From Pseudomonas aeruginosa (GTDB lineage: Bacteria > Pseudomonadota > Gammaproteobacteria > Pseudomonadales > Pseudomonadaceae), in assembly GCF_001457615.1 (NCBI RefSeq), contig NZ_LN831024.1, positions 2,580,001-2,612,000 of the forward strand: DNA of 32,000 bases, given 5' to 3'. The notes under the pieces were generated by a model. That model worked only from the letters and a program-made list of their open reading frames with translations. It had not been told where the DNA came from and did not search any database. Within the stretch, counting starts at the first letter, position 1, and every line of letters begins with the position of its first letter. This document shows, in pieces, positions 17,826 through 27,135 of the stretch. The position numbers were made by a program, and so were the translations under genes.

Positions 17826-17857
17826 TTACCTCATGGAAGTCGTTTCCTTACCCCAGG

Positions 17858-19474
17858 TCAGGCCCGCAGGCGTTGCAGGGCATCGCCCAGTTGCGCGGAG
17901 AGGCCGTGGAGATCGCGGCTGGCGGCTTCGGTCTGCTCCACCTGTTCCTGGTTGCTGGAGGCGATCGAGGCGATTTCCGTGAGGTTGCGGGAAATGTCCT
18001 CGGCCACGGCGGTCTGTTCCTCGGCGGCGGTAGCGATCTGGCGGTTCATGTCGCGGATCGATTCGACCGAGGCGGTGATCTGGCGCAGCATGGTGCCGGC
18101 GTTGGCAACCTGCTCGGCACCGGCCTCGCTGCGCGACTGCCCGCTTTCGATGGCGCGCGCGGCATTCACCGCGCCGTTCTGCACGGTATCGATGATCTGG
18201 TGGATCTCGGCGATGGACTCGGCGGTGCGCTGCGCCAGGGTGCGGACCTCGTCGGCGACCACCGCGAAGCCACGGCCGGCATCGCCGGCGCGGGCGGCTT
18301 CGATGGCCGCGTTGAGAGCGAGCAGGTTGGTCTGCTCGGCGATGCCACGGATCACGTCGAGGACCTTGCCGATCCTGCCGCTATCGCTTTCCAATTGGCG
18401 GATGACCTCCACCGTATGGTCGATCTCCTTGCGCATCTCGCCGATGCTGCGAATCGTTTCTTCCATCACGTCTTCGCCGCGCTGGGCGGAATCGTCCGCC
18501 TCGTCGGCGGCCCTGGCCGCGTCGCCGGCGTAGCGCGCCACTTCCTGGGCGGTGGCGGACATTTCCTGCATCGCCGTGGCGACCTGGTCGGTGCGGCTGA
18601 ACTGCTCGCGGGTACCGGCCGCCATCAGGCTGGCGATCGCGTTCAGCGAGCCGCTGGCGCTGTCCAGGTCGCGGGTACTGCGCCGCAGCCGGTCGAAGAT
18701 GTCCACCAGGAAGTCGCGCAGGGTGTTGGCGGCCAGGGCCAGCTTGCCGAGTTCGTCCTTGCGCCGGATCTCGATGCGCTCGCCGAAGTCGCCATGGCTG
18801 AGCTGGGCGATGTGCTCGATCAGGCGTTGCACCGGACGGACCAGGTTGCGGTTGACCAGCCACAGGCTGAGCAGGGCGACGGCCAGGCTGGCGCCGATCA
18901 GCACCAGGCTGCCGAGCAGCATGGTGCGCCGGGCCTCCGCGCTGATGGAGGAGGAATGGAGATCACTGGCCTGGTGCAGTTCGTCGCGCAGGGTCTGCAT
19001 CTGCGCGGTGGTGGCGCGGTCGATGCCGGTCACCGCCTGGTCGCCGGCGATGGGGTCGGCGCCCGCCTCGAGGAACCGTTGCCTGCCTTGTCGGTAAGCC
19101 GTACCGAGTCGCCGGTGCTCTTCGCGCAGGCGCTCGACACGATCCTTCAACTCGCCTTCGGCCACGCTGCCCAGGCTCCCGAGGATGTCCTGCACCGCTC
19201 GCTCCTGGGCTTCGAACTGGCTCCAGTATTTCGTCTGGGCCTCCGTCTGGCGTCCGCGCAGCAGGACGTTCTTCCATTCCTGGACCTGGCCGCGGAATTG
19301 CAGGTTGGCCTCGTCGATCAGTTGCGCCGCCCGCACGGGGCCGCCGAGCAGCTCGCGGTAGGCGCGTACGTCGCCGGTCAGCGAGCCGAAGCAGGCCAGG
19401 GCTATGAGTAGCAGCGCCGCCAGGCTGCCGCCGAGCAGGACAAGGATTTGCGCACGTAGGGATTGTTGCAGCAT
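17858..19474 (-). CDS. ctpH: methyl-accepting chemotaxis protein (CtpH-type, inorganic-phosphate chemoreceptor by recollection)
   Basis: In ORF 17858..19564 the ATG at 19474 (GAGG SD 5 nt upstream) gives 538 aa, starting [30 protein letters not shown] (typical MCP TM1). The longest ORF (568 aa, start 19564) is the alternative. HAMP and conserved hairpin present ([37 protein letters not shown]). Confidence 0.85.
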   Translation of the reverse strand: MLQQSLRAQILVLLGGSLAALLLIALACFGSLTGDVRAYRELLGGPVRAAQLIDEANLQFRGQVQEWKNVLLRGRQTEAQTKYWSQFEAQERAVQDILGSLGSVAEGELKDRVERLREEHRRLGTAYRQGRQRFLEAGADPIAGDQAVTGIDRATTAQMQTLRDELHQASDLHSSSISAEARRTMLLGSLVLIGASLAVALLSLWLVNRNLVRPVQRLIEHIAQLSHGDFGERIEIRRKDELGKLALAANTLRDFLVDIFDRLRRSTRDLDSASGSLNAIASLMAAGTREQFSRTDQVATAMQEMSATAQEVARYAGDAARAADEADDSAQRGEDVMEETIRSIGEMRKEIDHTVEVIRQLESDSGRIGKVLDVIRGIAEQTNLLALNAAIEAARAGDAGRGFAVVADEVRTLAQRTAESIAEIHQIIDTVQNGAVNAARAIESGQSRSEAGAEQVANAGTMLRQITASVESIRDMNRQIATAAEEQTAVAEDISRNLTEIASIASSNQEQVEQTEAASRDLHGLSAQLGDALQRLRA

Positions 19475-19691
19475 GGAACGCCTCGATGGATTGCCAGGTT
19501 GGACCGGCACGCAGGCTGCGACGAGGCAGCCGAGGACGTCCCTGTGGCCCGGCGAGGCGGGCATGGCGCGTGTTCCGGCTCGCAGAGTATCGACAGCGGA
19601 TCTGACAACTTGAGGACGACGCAGGGGCCGGGCCAGAGCCGACGAAGGGGAATAGCTGGCATGGATGTTCTGCGGGGCTTCGGTTAATCTC

Positions 19692-19707
19692 TGTGACGAA
19701 TGTCACA
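19692..19707. promoter_or_regulatory. CRP/Vfr-type site with perfect half-sites TGTGA-N6-TCACA
   Basis: TGTGAcgaatgTCACA read directly (followed by T, as in TCACAT). It ends 25 bp before the ATG at 19733 and lies about 225 bp upstream of the ctpH ATG. Confidence 0.55.
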
Positions 19708-19732
19708 TTGTGCCAGTCGAAGGATCTGACTC

Positions 19733-20020
19733 ATGGATGTCCCTCCCACCGTTCAGGATGAACAGGCCGTTTCCCGCCAGTTGCACTCGTTGAGTGTGCG
19801 CAATCTCGCTCACCTGGCCGCTGCCCTGACCCAGCTCGGCTTCGAGCTGTCGCGCAGCTCCGACCCTGGCACCCGCCAGGCGGCCAATGCCTTCATCGGC
19901 CAGTTGGCCAATATCAACCAGGACATCGATCGACAGATCGAGCTGCTCAGCGCGCTGGACGCCGACAACGTGGGGTTTCGCCTGCTGGACGAGGTGCAAT
20001 ACCCGGATGCGCCCGAATGA
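19733..20020 (+). CDS. hypothetical protein (95 aa, acidic, helical)
   Basis: ORF with AAGGA 9 nt upstream and mostly G/C third positions. No motif I recognise. Confidence 0.6.
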   Translation: MDVPPTVQDEQAVSRQLHSLSVRNLAHLAAALTQLGFELSRSSDPGTRQAANAFIGQLANINQDIDRQIELLSALDADNVGFRLLDEVQYPDAPE

Positions 20021-20094
20021 GCCGACGCCAGGAGCACGCAAAGAGTGGAGGGGGTGTGTGGGCCGAGAGCGGCAGTCTCCCGGCGTGGCGCTGA

Positions 20095-20325
20095 TCAGTC
20101 TTCCTGGCGCAGGTCGCTGAGCATCTGCTCCCAGTACTGGTTGGCCTTGCGGTTGAGATCGAAGGCGGCTTGACGCAACTGGTCGTACTCGGCGCCGCTG
20201 TAGCCGCTTTCGCGCAGCTTCTGGCGAGCGGCGTCGGCTTCTTCGCGCAGACGGTTGTAGGTCGCCTGGTCGTCCGCCCAGGTCCTGCCTGTGCGCCGGG
20301 TGTACTTGTCCTGGGGTTCAGCCAT
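20095..20325 (-). CDS. hypothetical protein (76 aa, highly charged, helical)
   Basis: High GC3 and a strong AAGGAGA SD immediately upstream (complement of 20329-20335). No motif I recognise. Confidence 0.65.
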   Translation of the reverse strand: MAEPQDKYTRRTGRTWADDQATYNRLREEADAARQKLRESGYSGAEYDQLRQAAFDLNRKANQYWEQMLSDLRQED

Positions 20326-20643
20326 GGGTTCTCCTTGCGGGCCGGATGGGACTTGGAAAAACGCTGCGCTGAACAGACTTTTTCCAATGGCAAAAATTCA
20401 AAAAAAACTGACGGATTGCGCGACTTCGCTATTGGTACCGATGTCCCATACCTGTACGCCAGCCGATGAAATTTGTGCGTTCCTCGCCAAGTCGGCTAGC
20501 TTGTTCAGGCTTGCGCCTTGGCGCTCGCCGTCTCTCCGGTAAGCTGGGAACGTTGTCGCCATGGGCTCGGAGACTGCGCGGACGGCGCCATGGCGACAGG
20601 TCCGACCTTTCCCTCCGATGGGTTTTGCGAGTAAGGAAATGCT

Positions 20644-21186
20644 ATGAGAAGCAAGGCGTCCGGCTTGGCGCTGGTGGTAGTGGCGGGGCTTGTGGCGGGT
20701 TGCGCCAGCAGTGGCTATCAGCCCGAGGTCGACTGGCCGGCCGGCTGGCAGGTGATCACCGAGAGCATCCCACCCGAGGCCAGCGACGTGGAGCAACTGG
20801 GCTCCCGGCAACTGGCGACCAAGCTCGGGCCGGGAGGCGAGAAGGAAGCCAGCATCGAGTTGCTCAGCCTGAAGATGATGGAAGAGGAGTCGGTGGAGAT
20901 CGACGGCCAGTTCCAGAGTGTCTTCGATGTCGTCCAATCGGGCTACCGCAAGGCCGGGCTGGGCTCGCGCTGCACCACACCGATCCGCTCGAACCTCGGC
21001 GGCCTGGCATCGCTGGAGACCCACTGCCGGATCAGCCAGGGCAACGAGGTGCTGCTGACCCAGATCGTGGCGATGGCCCTGGGACAGCGCGCGATGTACT
21101 CCCTGGTATATACCGCCAGTCCGGCCAACAGCGTGGTCTACCGGCAGAGCTACCTGCGCACCCGGGCCAGCCTGGTCCTGCGCTGA
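20644..21186 (+). CDS. hypothetical lipoprotein
   Basis: 180 aa with a signal peptide and lipobox (LALVVVAGLVAG-C-ASSG). AAGGAA SD upstream. Confidence 0.75.
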   Translation: MRSKASGLALVVVAGLVAGCASSGYQPEVDWPAGWQVITESIPPEASDVEQLGSRQLATKLGPGGEKEASIELLSLKMMEEESVEIDGQFQSVFDVVQSGYRKAGLGSRCTTPIRSNLGGLASLETHCRISQGNEVLLTQIVAMALGQRAMYSLVYTASPANSVVYRQSYLRTRASLVLR

Positions 21187-21224
21187 AGGGCCAGCCGCTC
21201 GACGCCTGGACGCGACCGGCGTCG

Positions 21225-21371
21225 CTCAGGCTTCCTCGGGCGGCGCCTCGACGCTGAGATAGCGATGGGCGCCGCAACGCCGGCAACGTTGGCGCAGCAT
21301 CAGGTCGGGGCCTACCGTGACCAGGCTACCTTCGTCCCAGCGGCAACCTCGCAAGAAACAACGCAAGCGCA
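21225..21371 (-). CDS. candidate small Cys4 (zinc-ribbon-like) protein, 48 aa, not in the supplied ORF track
   Basis: Hand translation gives MRLRCFLRGCRWDEGSLVTVGPDLMLRQRCRRCGAHRYLSVEAPPEEA. It has CX4C...CX2C spacing and GGAGGA directly upstream of the ATG (complement of 21375-21380). About three quarters of third positions are G/C by my count. Confidence 0.4.
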
Positions 21372-21508
21372 TGACTCCTCCCCGCGGGGCGGCTCGCCCC
21401 GTCCACGAAACAGGCAGTGGTGGTGTGGTTCACTCCGGCTTGTTCTTGTCTGGAGGTGGGAAAAGCCTGCGGCGAAGCGTCTAGAATGGGCAACCTAAAT
21501 TCGCCGGT

Positions 21509-22201
21509 TCATTCCGCGGCGGGATTCATCACCCAACTGGCGGCGGTGACCTGCGGTGCCAGGCACAGCTCGCCGACCATCTGTTCCACCAGCGAGTCCT
21601 CCTTGTGCAGGGTGAACACCACGGCGTTCACTTCCACGTTGCCGCTGCCTTTCAGCGCGTGGCTTTCCAGGCTCTGCAGGTTCAGGCGGTTGTCGCCCAT
21701 GCGTTGCAGCAACTGCATGCGCACCAGCGCTTCGTTGCGCGCCTCGCAGGACACGCTGATCTGGTAGAAGCGCTCCTGCTCGGCCTCGCCCGAGGTGTGG
21801 CGGTCCACCACCCGGCCGAGAGCGGGCAGGAACAGGTTGGCGATGACGATCAGCGCGGTCGTCATGCAGGCCGCCAGGATGAAACCGCTGCCGGCCAGTA
21901 CGCCGATCGCGCCGGTGCTCCAGATGCTCGCCGCAGTGCTCAGGCCGCGTACGCTGAGGCCGTCGCGCATGATCACGCCGGCGCCGAGAAAACCGATGCC
22001 GCTGACTACCTGGGCCGCCATGCGGGTCACGCTGACCTCGTTGTCGAGCAACAGCGGCAGGATCGAGAAGCTGGCCGCACCGAGTGCGACCATCGCGTGG
22101 GTGGCCATGCCGGAAGAGCGCTGTCGCCATTGTCGCTCGAGACCGACCAGCGCACCGAGGCCGAGGGCCGTCACCAGGCCGATGGCGATTTCCGGGGTCA
22201 T
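21509..22201 (-). CDS. MgtC/SapB-family membrane protein
   Basis: 230 aa. The N-terminal MgtC membrane domain is recognisable (GLGALVGLERQWRQR, VSGIGFLGAGVIMR, TAASIW..GAIG) and is followed by a soluble C-terminal domain. Confidence 0.85.
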   Translation of the reverse strand: MTPEIAIGLVTALGLGALVGLERQWRQRSSGMATHAMVALGAASFSILPLLLDNEVSVTRMAAQVVSGIGFLGAGVIMRDGLSVRGLSTAASIWSTGAIGVLAGSGFILAACMTTALIVIANLFLPALGRVVDRHTSGEAEQERFYQISVSCEARNEALVRMQLLQRMGDNRLNLQSLESHALKGSGNVEVNAVVFTLHKEDSLVEQMVGELCLAPQVTAASWVMNPAAE

Positions 22202-22296
22202 GCTGTGCTCCTGTGAAAAAACCGCCCATTCTACGCCGTTCCGTTGGGCCGCGCCGGGGCCGACGGCCCTGGGCGGATAAGTCTCTTGCGTTTACC

Positions 22297-22312
22297 TTTA
22301 CGTTAACGTAAA
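22297..22312. promoter_or_regulatory. perfect 16-bp palindrome TTTACGTTAACGTAAA overlapping a sigma70-like promoter
   Basis: Read directly. It is embedded in TTGCGT (22286-22291) - 17 nt - TAAACA (22309-22314), oriented toward the AMP-ligase gene. An extra TTTAC half-site sits at 22291-22295. Confidence 0.55.
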
Positions 22313-22422
22313 CATGCTCTTCGACTTCACCGACACCGCTCGCCGGTGTCCGTCGTAGCGCCCTGGCGGCGCAGGACGACGGTTCAGCGACATTCCCAGA
22401 ACAACCACAACAAGGGAAAGCC

Positions 22423-24117
22423 ATGAATCAGCCGAGCTATACCTCGGGTCGCCAGGATGTCGCCTTGCTGGCGACCACCGTCGGCGACGCCTTCGATGCC
22501 ACCGTCGCGCGTCATGCCGAGCGCGAGGCGCTGGTGGTGCGGCATCAACGCCTGCGCTACAGCTGGCGGCAACTGGCGGAGCGGGTCGATGCCTACGCCC
22601 GCGCCTTCATCGCCCTGGGCCTGCGCCCCGGCGAGCGCCTGGGGATCTGGGCGCCGAACTGCGCCGAATGGTGCATTACCCAGTTCGCCAGCGCCAAGGT
22701 CGGTGCGGTCCTGGTGAACATCAACCCGGCATACCGCAGCAGCGAGCTGGAATACGCTCTCAAGCAGTCCGGTTGCAGTTGGCTGATCTGCGCCGACGCC
22801 TTCAAGACCAGCGACTACCATGCGATGCTCGGCGACCTGCTGCCGGAGCTGGCGCGGGCGCGTCCGGGCGAACTGGCCAGCGAGCGCCTGCCGGAACTGC
22901 GCGGCGTGATCAGCCTGGCCGAGCGGGCGCCGGCGGGCTTCCTGCACTGGCAGGGCCTGCCGGGGCTGGCCGCCGCGGTAGGCGCCGAGGAACTGCGCCA
23001 GCGCCAGGCCTCGCTGCAGTTCGACGAGCCGATCAACATCCAGTACACCTCCGGTACCACCGGCTTCCCCAAGGGCGCCACCCTCAGCCACTACAACATC
23101 CTCAACAACGGCTACATGGTCGGCGAAAGCCTCGGACTCGGCGCGGAAGACCGCCTGGTGATCCCGGTGCCGCTGTATCACTGCTTCGGCATGGTGATGG
23201 GCAACCTCGGCTGCGTCACCCACGGCTCGACCATGATCTACCCGGCGCCCAGCTTCGACGCCGAGGCGACCCTGCTGGCCGTGGCCGAGGAGCGCGCCAC
23301 CGCGCTGTACGGGGTACCGACCATGTTCATCGCCGAGCTGGATCATCCGCGCCGCCGCGAATTCGACCTGTCCAGCCTGCGCACCGGAATCATGGCCGGC
23401 GCCACCTGCCCGATCGAGGTGATGCGGCGGGTCATTGGCGACATGCACATGGCCGAGGTGCAGATCGCCTACGGCATGACCGAGACCAGTCCGGTGTCGC
23501 TGCAGACCGGTCCGGACGATGGCCTGGAGCTGCGCGTGACCACTGTCGGACGCACCCAGCCGAGGCTGGAGAGCAAGATCGTCGACCAGACGGGCAGGGT
23601 GGTGCCGCGCGGCGAGATCGGCGAGCTGTGCACCCGCGGCTACAGCGTGATGCTCGGCTACTGGAACGACCCCCAGGCCACCGCCGAGGCCATCGACCCG
23701 GCGCGCTGGATGCACACCGGCGACCTGGCGGTGATGGACGACGACGGCTACGTGCGGATCGTCGGGCGCAGCAAGGACATGATCATCCGCGGCGGCGAGA
23801 ACATCTATCCGCGCGAACTGGAGGAGTTCTTCTTCACTCACCCGGCGGTGGCCGACGTGCAGGTGATCGGCATCCCCGACGAGCGCTATGGCGAGGAAAT
23901 CGTCGCCTGGATCAAGCTGCATCCGGGCCACCACGCCGATGACGAACAGTTGCGGGCGTTCTGCAAGGCGCGTATCGCTCACTTCAAGATCCCGCGCCAC
24001 TTCAAGTTCGTCGACGAGTTCCCGATGACCGTTACCGGCAAGATCCAGAAGTTCCGCATGCGCGAGATCAGCATCGAAGAGATTCGCCTACTCGCGCTGC
24101 GCCAGGGGCGCGATTGA
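22423..24117 (+). CDS. AMP-dependent acyl-CoA synthetase/ligase (medium-chain, ACSF2/FadD-like)
   Basis: 564 aa with an AMP-binding signature ([18 protein letters not shown]), plus GYGMTE-like AYGMTETS, the hinge region ([21 protein letters not shown]) and C-terminal GKIQK. Confidence 0.9.
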   Translation: MNQPSYTSGRQDVALLATTVGDAFDATVARHAEREALVVRHQRLRYSWRQLAERVDAYARAFIALGLRPGERLGIWAPNCAEWCITQFASAKVGAVLVNINPAYRSSELEYALKQSGCSWLICADAFKTSDYHAMLGDLLPELARARPGELASERLPELRGVISLAERAPAGFLHWQGLPGLAAAVGAEELRQRQASLQFDEPINIQYTSGTTGFPKGATLSHYNILNNGYMVGESLGLGAEDRLVIPVPLYHCFGMVMGNLGCVTHGSTMIYPAPSFDAEATLLAVAEERATALYGVPTMFIAELDHPRRREFDLSSLRTGIMAGATCPIEVMRRVIGDMHMAEVQIAYGMTETSPVSLQTGPDDGLELRVTTVGRTQPRLESKIVDQTGRVVPRGEIGELCTRGYSVMLGYWNDPQATAEAIDPARWMHTGDLAVMDDDGYVRIVGRSKDMIIRGGENIYPRELEEFFFTHPAVADVQVIGIPDERYGEEIVAWIKLHPGHHADDEQLRAFCKARIAHFKIPRHFKFVDEFPMTVTGKIQKFRMREISIEEIRLLALRQGRD

Positions 24118-24185
24118 GAGGATGGAGCCGCGCCCCGCTCCTGCGCTAAGGTGGCGGGCGGCGCGCAGCGAGGCGAGAGGGACGG

Positions 24186-25271
24186 GTGAAGAACGACGGC
24201 GAGACTCAGGCGAGCACCAAGGGCACCATCTCGGTGCGCCTGGTCGGCGAAGCGCTGGTGGAGTGGCGCCGGCAGGGCGGCGAGCAGGGGGAGGTCCTCC
24301 AGGCCGCCGGTATCGATCCGCAGCTGCTCGGCAAACCCTACGCGCGGGTCACCTCGCACGCCTATTCGCGGCTCTGGCTGGATCTCGCTCGGCGCATGGA
24401 CGACGAGTTCTTCGGCATGGACTCGCGGCGCCTGAAGAGTGGCAGCTTCGCTTTCATGAGCCGCTGTGCGATTCACGAGCAGACCCTGGAGCCGGCGCTG
24501 ACCGGCATCCTGCGATTCCTCTGCCTGCAGTTCGACGACTTCCAGCCGCGCCTGCAGCGCCGCGGCGGCCTGGCGGAAATCGTCCTCGACGAGGCGCCGG
24601 GCCGGTACGGGCGAGCGCTGTCCTACTTCACCCTATGGATGATCACCCATGGCCTGGCCTGCTGGCTGGTCGGCCGGCGCATCCCGATCCTGGCCATCGA
24701 CCTGCGCTGTCCGCAGCCGGACTACATCGAGGACTACCGGGTGATGTTCAGCGACAACCTGCGTTTCTCCCGTCCCCTCAGCCGCCTGCTGTTCAATGCC
24801 GACTGCCTGGCCTTGCCGGTCCGCCGCGACAAGCGGGAGCTGCGGCGCTTCCTGCTCGGCGCGCCGGCCAACATCCTGGTCCGCTATCGCGATCCGCAGA
24901 GCCTGGCGGCGCGGATCAAGGCCTACCTGCGCAGCCTGCGGCCGGGACGCTGGCCGGACGCGGACGCGCTCGCCGGGCATTTCTTCATGGCGCCCTCGAC
25001 CCTGCGCCGCAAGCTGTCCCTGGAAGGGCAGAGCTACCAGGCGCTGAAGGACCAGGTCCGCCGCGACCTGGCCATCGCGCGGCTGGACGCCGGCGCGGCG
25101 AATTTCGCCGAACTGGCGCTGGAGCTGGGCTTCGCCGATGGCAGCGCGTTCCACAAGGCGTTCAAGAAGTGGACCGGCTCGACCCCCGGGCAGTACCGGA
25201 CGCAGGTCGCGGCGGAAACCGCGTCGGCCGAGTCGTCAGGCGTCTTGTCCGAAACGCTCGGCCATCGATAG
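24186..25271 (+). CDS. AraC-family transcriptional regulator (N-terminal effector domain, C-terminal double HTH)
   Basis: 361 aa from a GTG start with GAGAGGGA upstream. The C-terminal AraC signature is present (FAELALELGFADGSAFHKAFKKWTGSTPGQYR). Confidence 0.85.
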   Translation: MKNDGETQASTKGTISVRLVGEALVEWRRQGGEQGEVLQAAGIDPQLLGKPYARVTSHAYSRLWLDLARRMDDEFFGMDSRRLKSGSFAFMSRCAIHEQTLEPALTGILRFLCLQFDDFQPRLQRRGGLAEIVLDEAPGRYGRALSYFTLWMITHGLACWLVGRRIPILAIDLRCPQPDYIEDYRVMFSDNLRFSRPLSRLLFNADCLALPVRRDKRELRRFLLGAPANILVRYRDPQSLAARIKAYLRSLRPGRWPDADALAGHFFMAPSTLRRKLSLEGQSYQALKDQVRRDLAIARLDAGAANFAELALELGFADGSAFHKAFKKWTGSTPGQYRTQVAAETASAESSGVLSETLGHR

Positions 25272-25448
25272 GGTGAATGCCCGCGCAGCGTCATCCGCCG
25301 TATGTCGCGAACGGTTCGGCGGGGCAGGCGGCCAGCACGGATTGTCCAAACCGCTCAGGCAGATTGAAGCCTTTCGACATTGCCCCGCGTCGGCCATGGC
25401 GTGAAGATTCCGGCTACTCCATACAAAAACAAGCCGAGGAGTCCTGCA

Positions 25449-27116
25449 ATGCGCGACTACGCCACCACTGCCGCCGGGTTCGACTTGCAGCGGACCGCCG
25501 CCGCCACGCTTTCCGGTACGCTCCAGGCGCTCAACGCCTGCGTCGAATGCTGCGACCGGCATGCCCTGCCGGGACGGATCGCGTTGTTCTGGGAGGGCAA
25601 GGATGGCAGTCGCGCCAGCTATACCTTCAGCGAGCTGAAAGCGCTCTCCGGACGTTTCGCCAATTTCCTCCAGGCCCAGGGCGTACGCCCGGGCGACTGC
25701 GTCGCCGGCCTGTTGCCGCGCACGCCCGAGCTTCTGGTCACCATCCTCGGCGCCTGGCGCCTGGGCGCGGTGTACCAGCCGCTGTTCACCGCCTTCGGCC
25801 CGAAGGCCATCGAACACCGCGTGGCGACCGCCGGCAGCAAGGTGCTGGTCACCGATGCGGCCAACCGCGACAAGCTCGACGAACTCGCCGATCCGCCTCT
25901 GGCCGTCACCGTCGGCGGACCGAAGGGGCAGGGCATCCGTCGCGGCGATTTCAGCTTCTGGGCCGAGCTGGAGCGCTATCCGGCCGAATTCGAACCGGTT
26001 CCGCGCAGCGGCGAGGATCCGTTCCTGATGATGTTCACCTCCGGCACCACCGGCCTGGCCAAACCGGTGCCGGTGCCGCTCAAGGCGATCCTCGCCTTCG
26101 TCGGCTACCTGCGCGAGGCGGTGGACCTGCGCCCCGAGGACGCCTTCTGGAACCTCGCCGATCCGGGCTGGGCCTACGGCCTCTACTACGCTGTCGCCGG
26201 TCCCCTCGCCATGGGCCATCCGACCACCTTCTACGAAGGGCCGTTCAGCGTGGAAAGCACCTGCCGGATCATCCGTGACTACGGCATCACCAACCTTGCC
26301 GGATCGCCCACCGCCTATCGCCTGCTGATGGCCGCCGGCGCGGCCGCGGAAACTGCGCTGAAGGGGCGCCTGCGCGCGGTCAGCAGCGCCGGCGAGCCGT
26401 TGACCCCGGAGGTGATCCGCTGGTTCGCCGACAGGCTCGGCACCACCATCCACGATCATTACGGGCAGACCGAGCTGGGCATGGTGCTGTGCAACCACCA
26501 TGCCCTGGCGCATCCGGTGCGGGTCGGCGCCGCCGGATTCGCCTGTCCCGGGCACCGGGTAGTAGTGCTGGATGACGATCTCAACGAACTGCCGCCCGGC
26601 CAGCCAGGCATCCTCGCCCTCGACCGGCGGCGTTCGCCGCTGATGTGGTTTCCCGGCTACCAGGGCCTGGAAACCGCAGCCTTCGTCGGCGACTACTACC
26701 TGAGCGGCGATACCGTCGAACTCAACGAAGACGGCAGCATCAGCTTCGTCGGCCGCGCCGACGACGTCATTACCACCTCTGGCTACCGGGTCGGCCCGTT
26801 CGATGTGGAGAGCGCGCTGATCGAACACCCGGCAGTGATGGAGGCGGCGGTGATCGGCAAGCCCGACCCGGAGCGCACCGAACTGGTCAAGGCCTTCGTC
26901 GTGCTCTGCGCCGGCCACCGGCCGACGCCGGAACTGGCGGACGCATTGCAGCGATACGTGCGCCAGCGCCTGTCGGCGCACGCCTACCCGCGGGAGATCG
27001 AGTTCCTCGAGGAACTGCCGAAGACTCCCAGCGGCAAGATCCAGCGCTTTCTCCTGCGCAACCAGGAGATCGCCCGGCAACGCGAGGCGGCCCCACGGGC
27101 GGCCGCCGCGAACTGA
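25449..27116 (+). CDS. AMP-dependent acyl-CoA synthetase (short/medium-chain type)
   Basis: In ORF 25380..27116 the ATG at 25449 follows GAGGAG and gives 555 aa. Motifs: [48 protein letters not shown]. Confidence 0.9.
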   Translation: MRDYATTAAGFDLQRTAAATLSGTLQALNACVECCDRHALPGRIALFWEGKDGSRASYTFSELKALSGRFANFLQAQGVRPGDCVAGLLPRTPELLVTILGAWRLGAVYQPLFTAFGPKAIEHRVATAGSKVLVTDAANRDKLDELADPPLAVTVGGPKGQGIRRGDFSFWAELERYPAEFEPVPRSGEDPFLMMFTSGTTGLAKPVPVPLKAILAFVGYLREAVDLRPEDAFWNLADPGWAYGLYYAVAGPLAMGHPTTFYEGPFSVESTCRIIRDYGITNLAGSPTAYRLLMAAGAAAETALKGRLRAVSSAGEPLTPEVIRWFADRLGTTIHDHYGQTELGMVLCNHHALAHPVRVGAAGFACPGHRVVVLDDDLNELPPGQPGILALDRRRSPLMWFPGYQGLETAAFVGDYYLSGDTVELNEDGSISFVGRADDVITTSGYRVGPFDVESALIEHPAVMEAAVIGKPDPERTELVKAFVVLCAGHRPTPELADALQRYVRQRLSAHAYPREIEFLEELPKTPSGKIQRFLLRNQEIARQREAAPRAAAAN

Positions 27117-27135
27117 TTCAGCAGGAGAAAACGAC

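Noticed and set aside
20353-20370. Possible sigma54 promoter (TGG...TGC) in TTGGAAAAACGCTGCG
   Set aside because: The GG-to-GC spacing is 9 nt rather than the required 10, and the flanking bases do not match TGGCAC-N5-TTGC.
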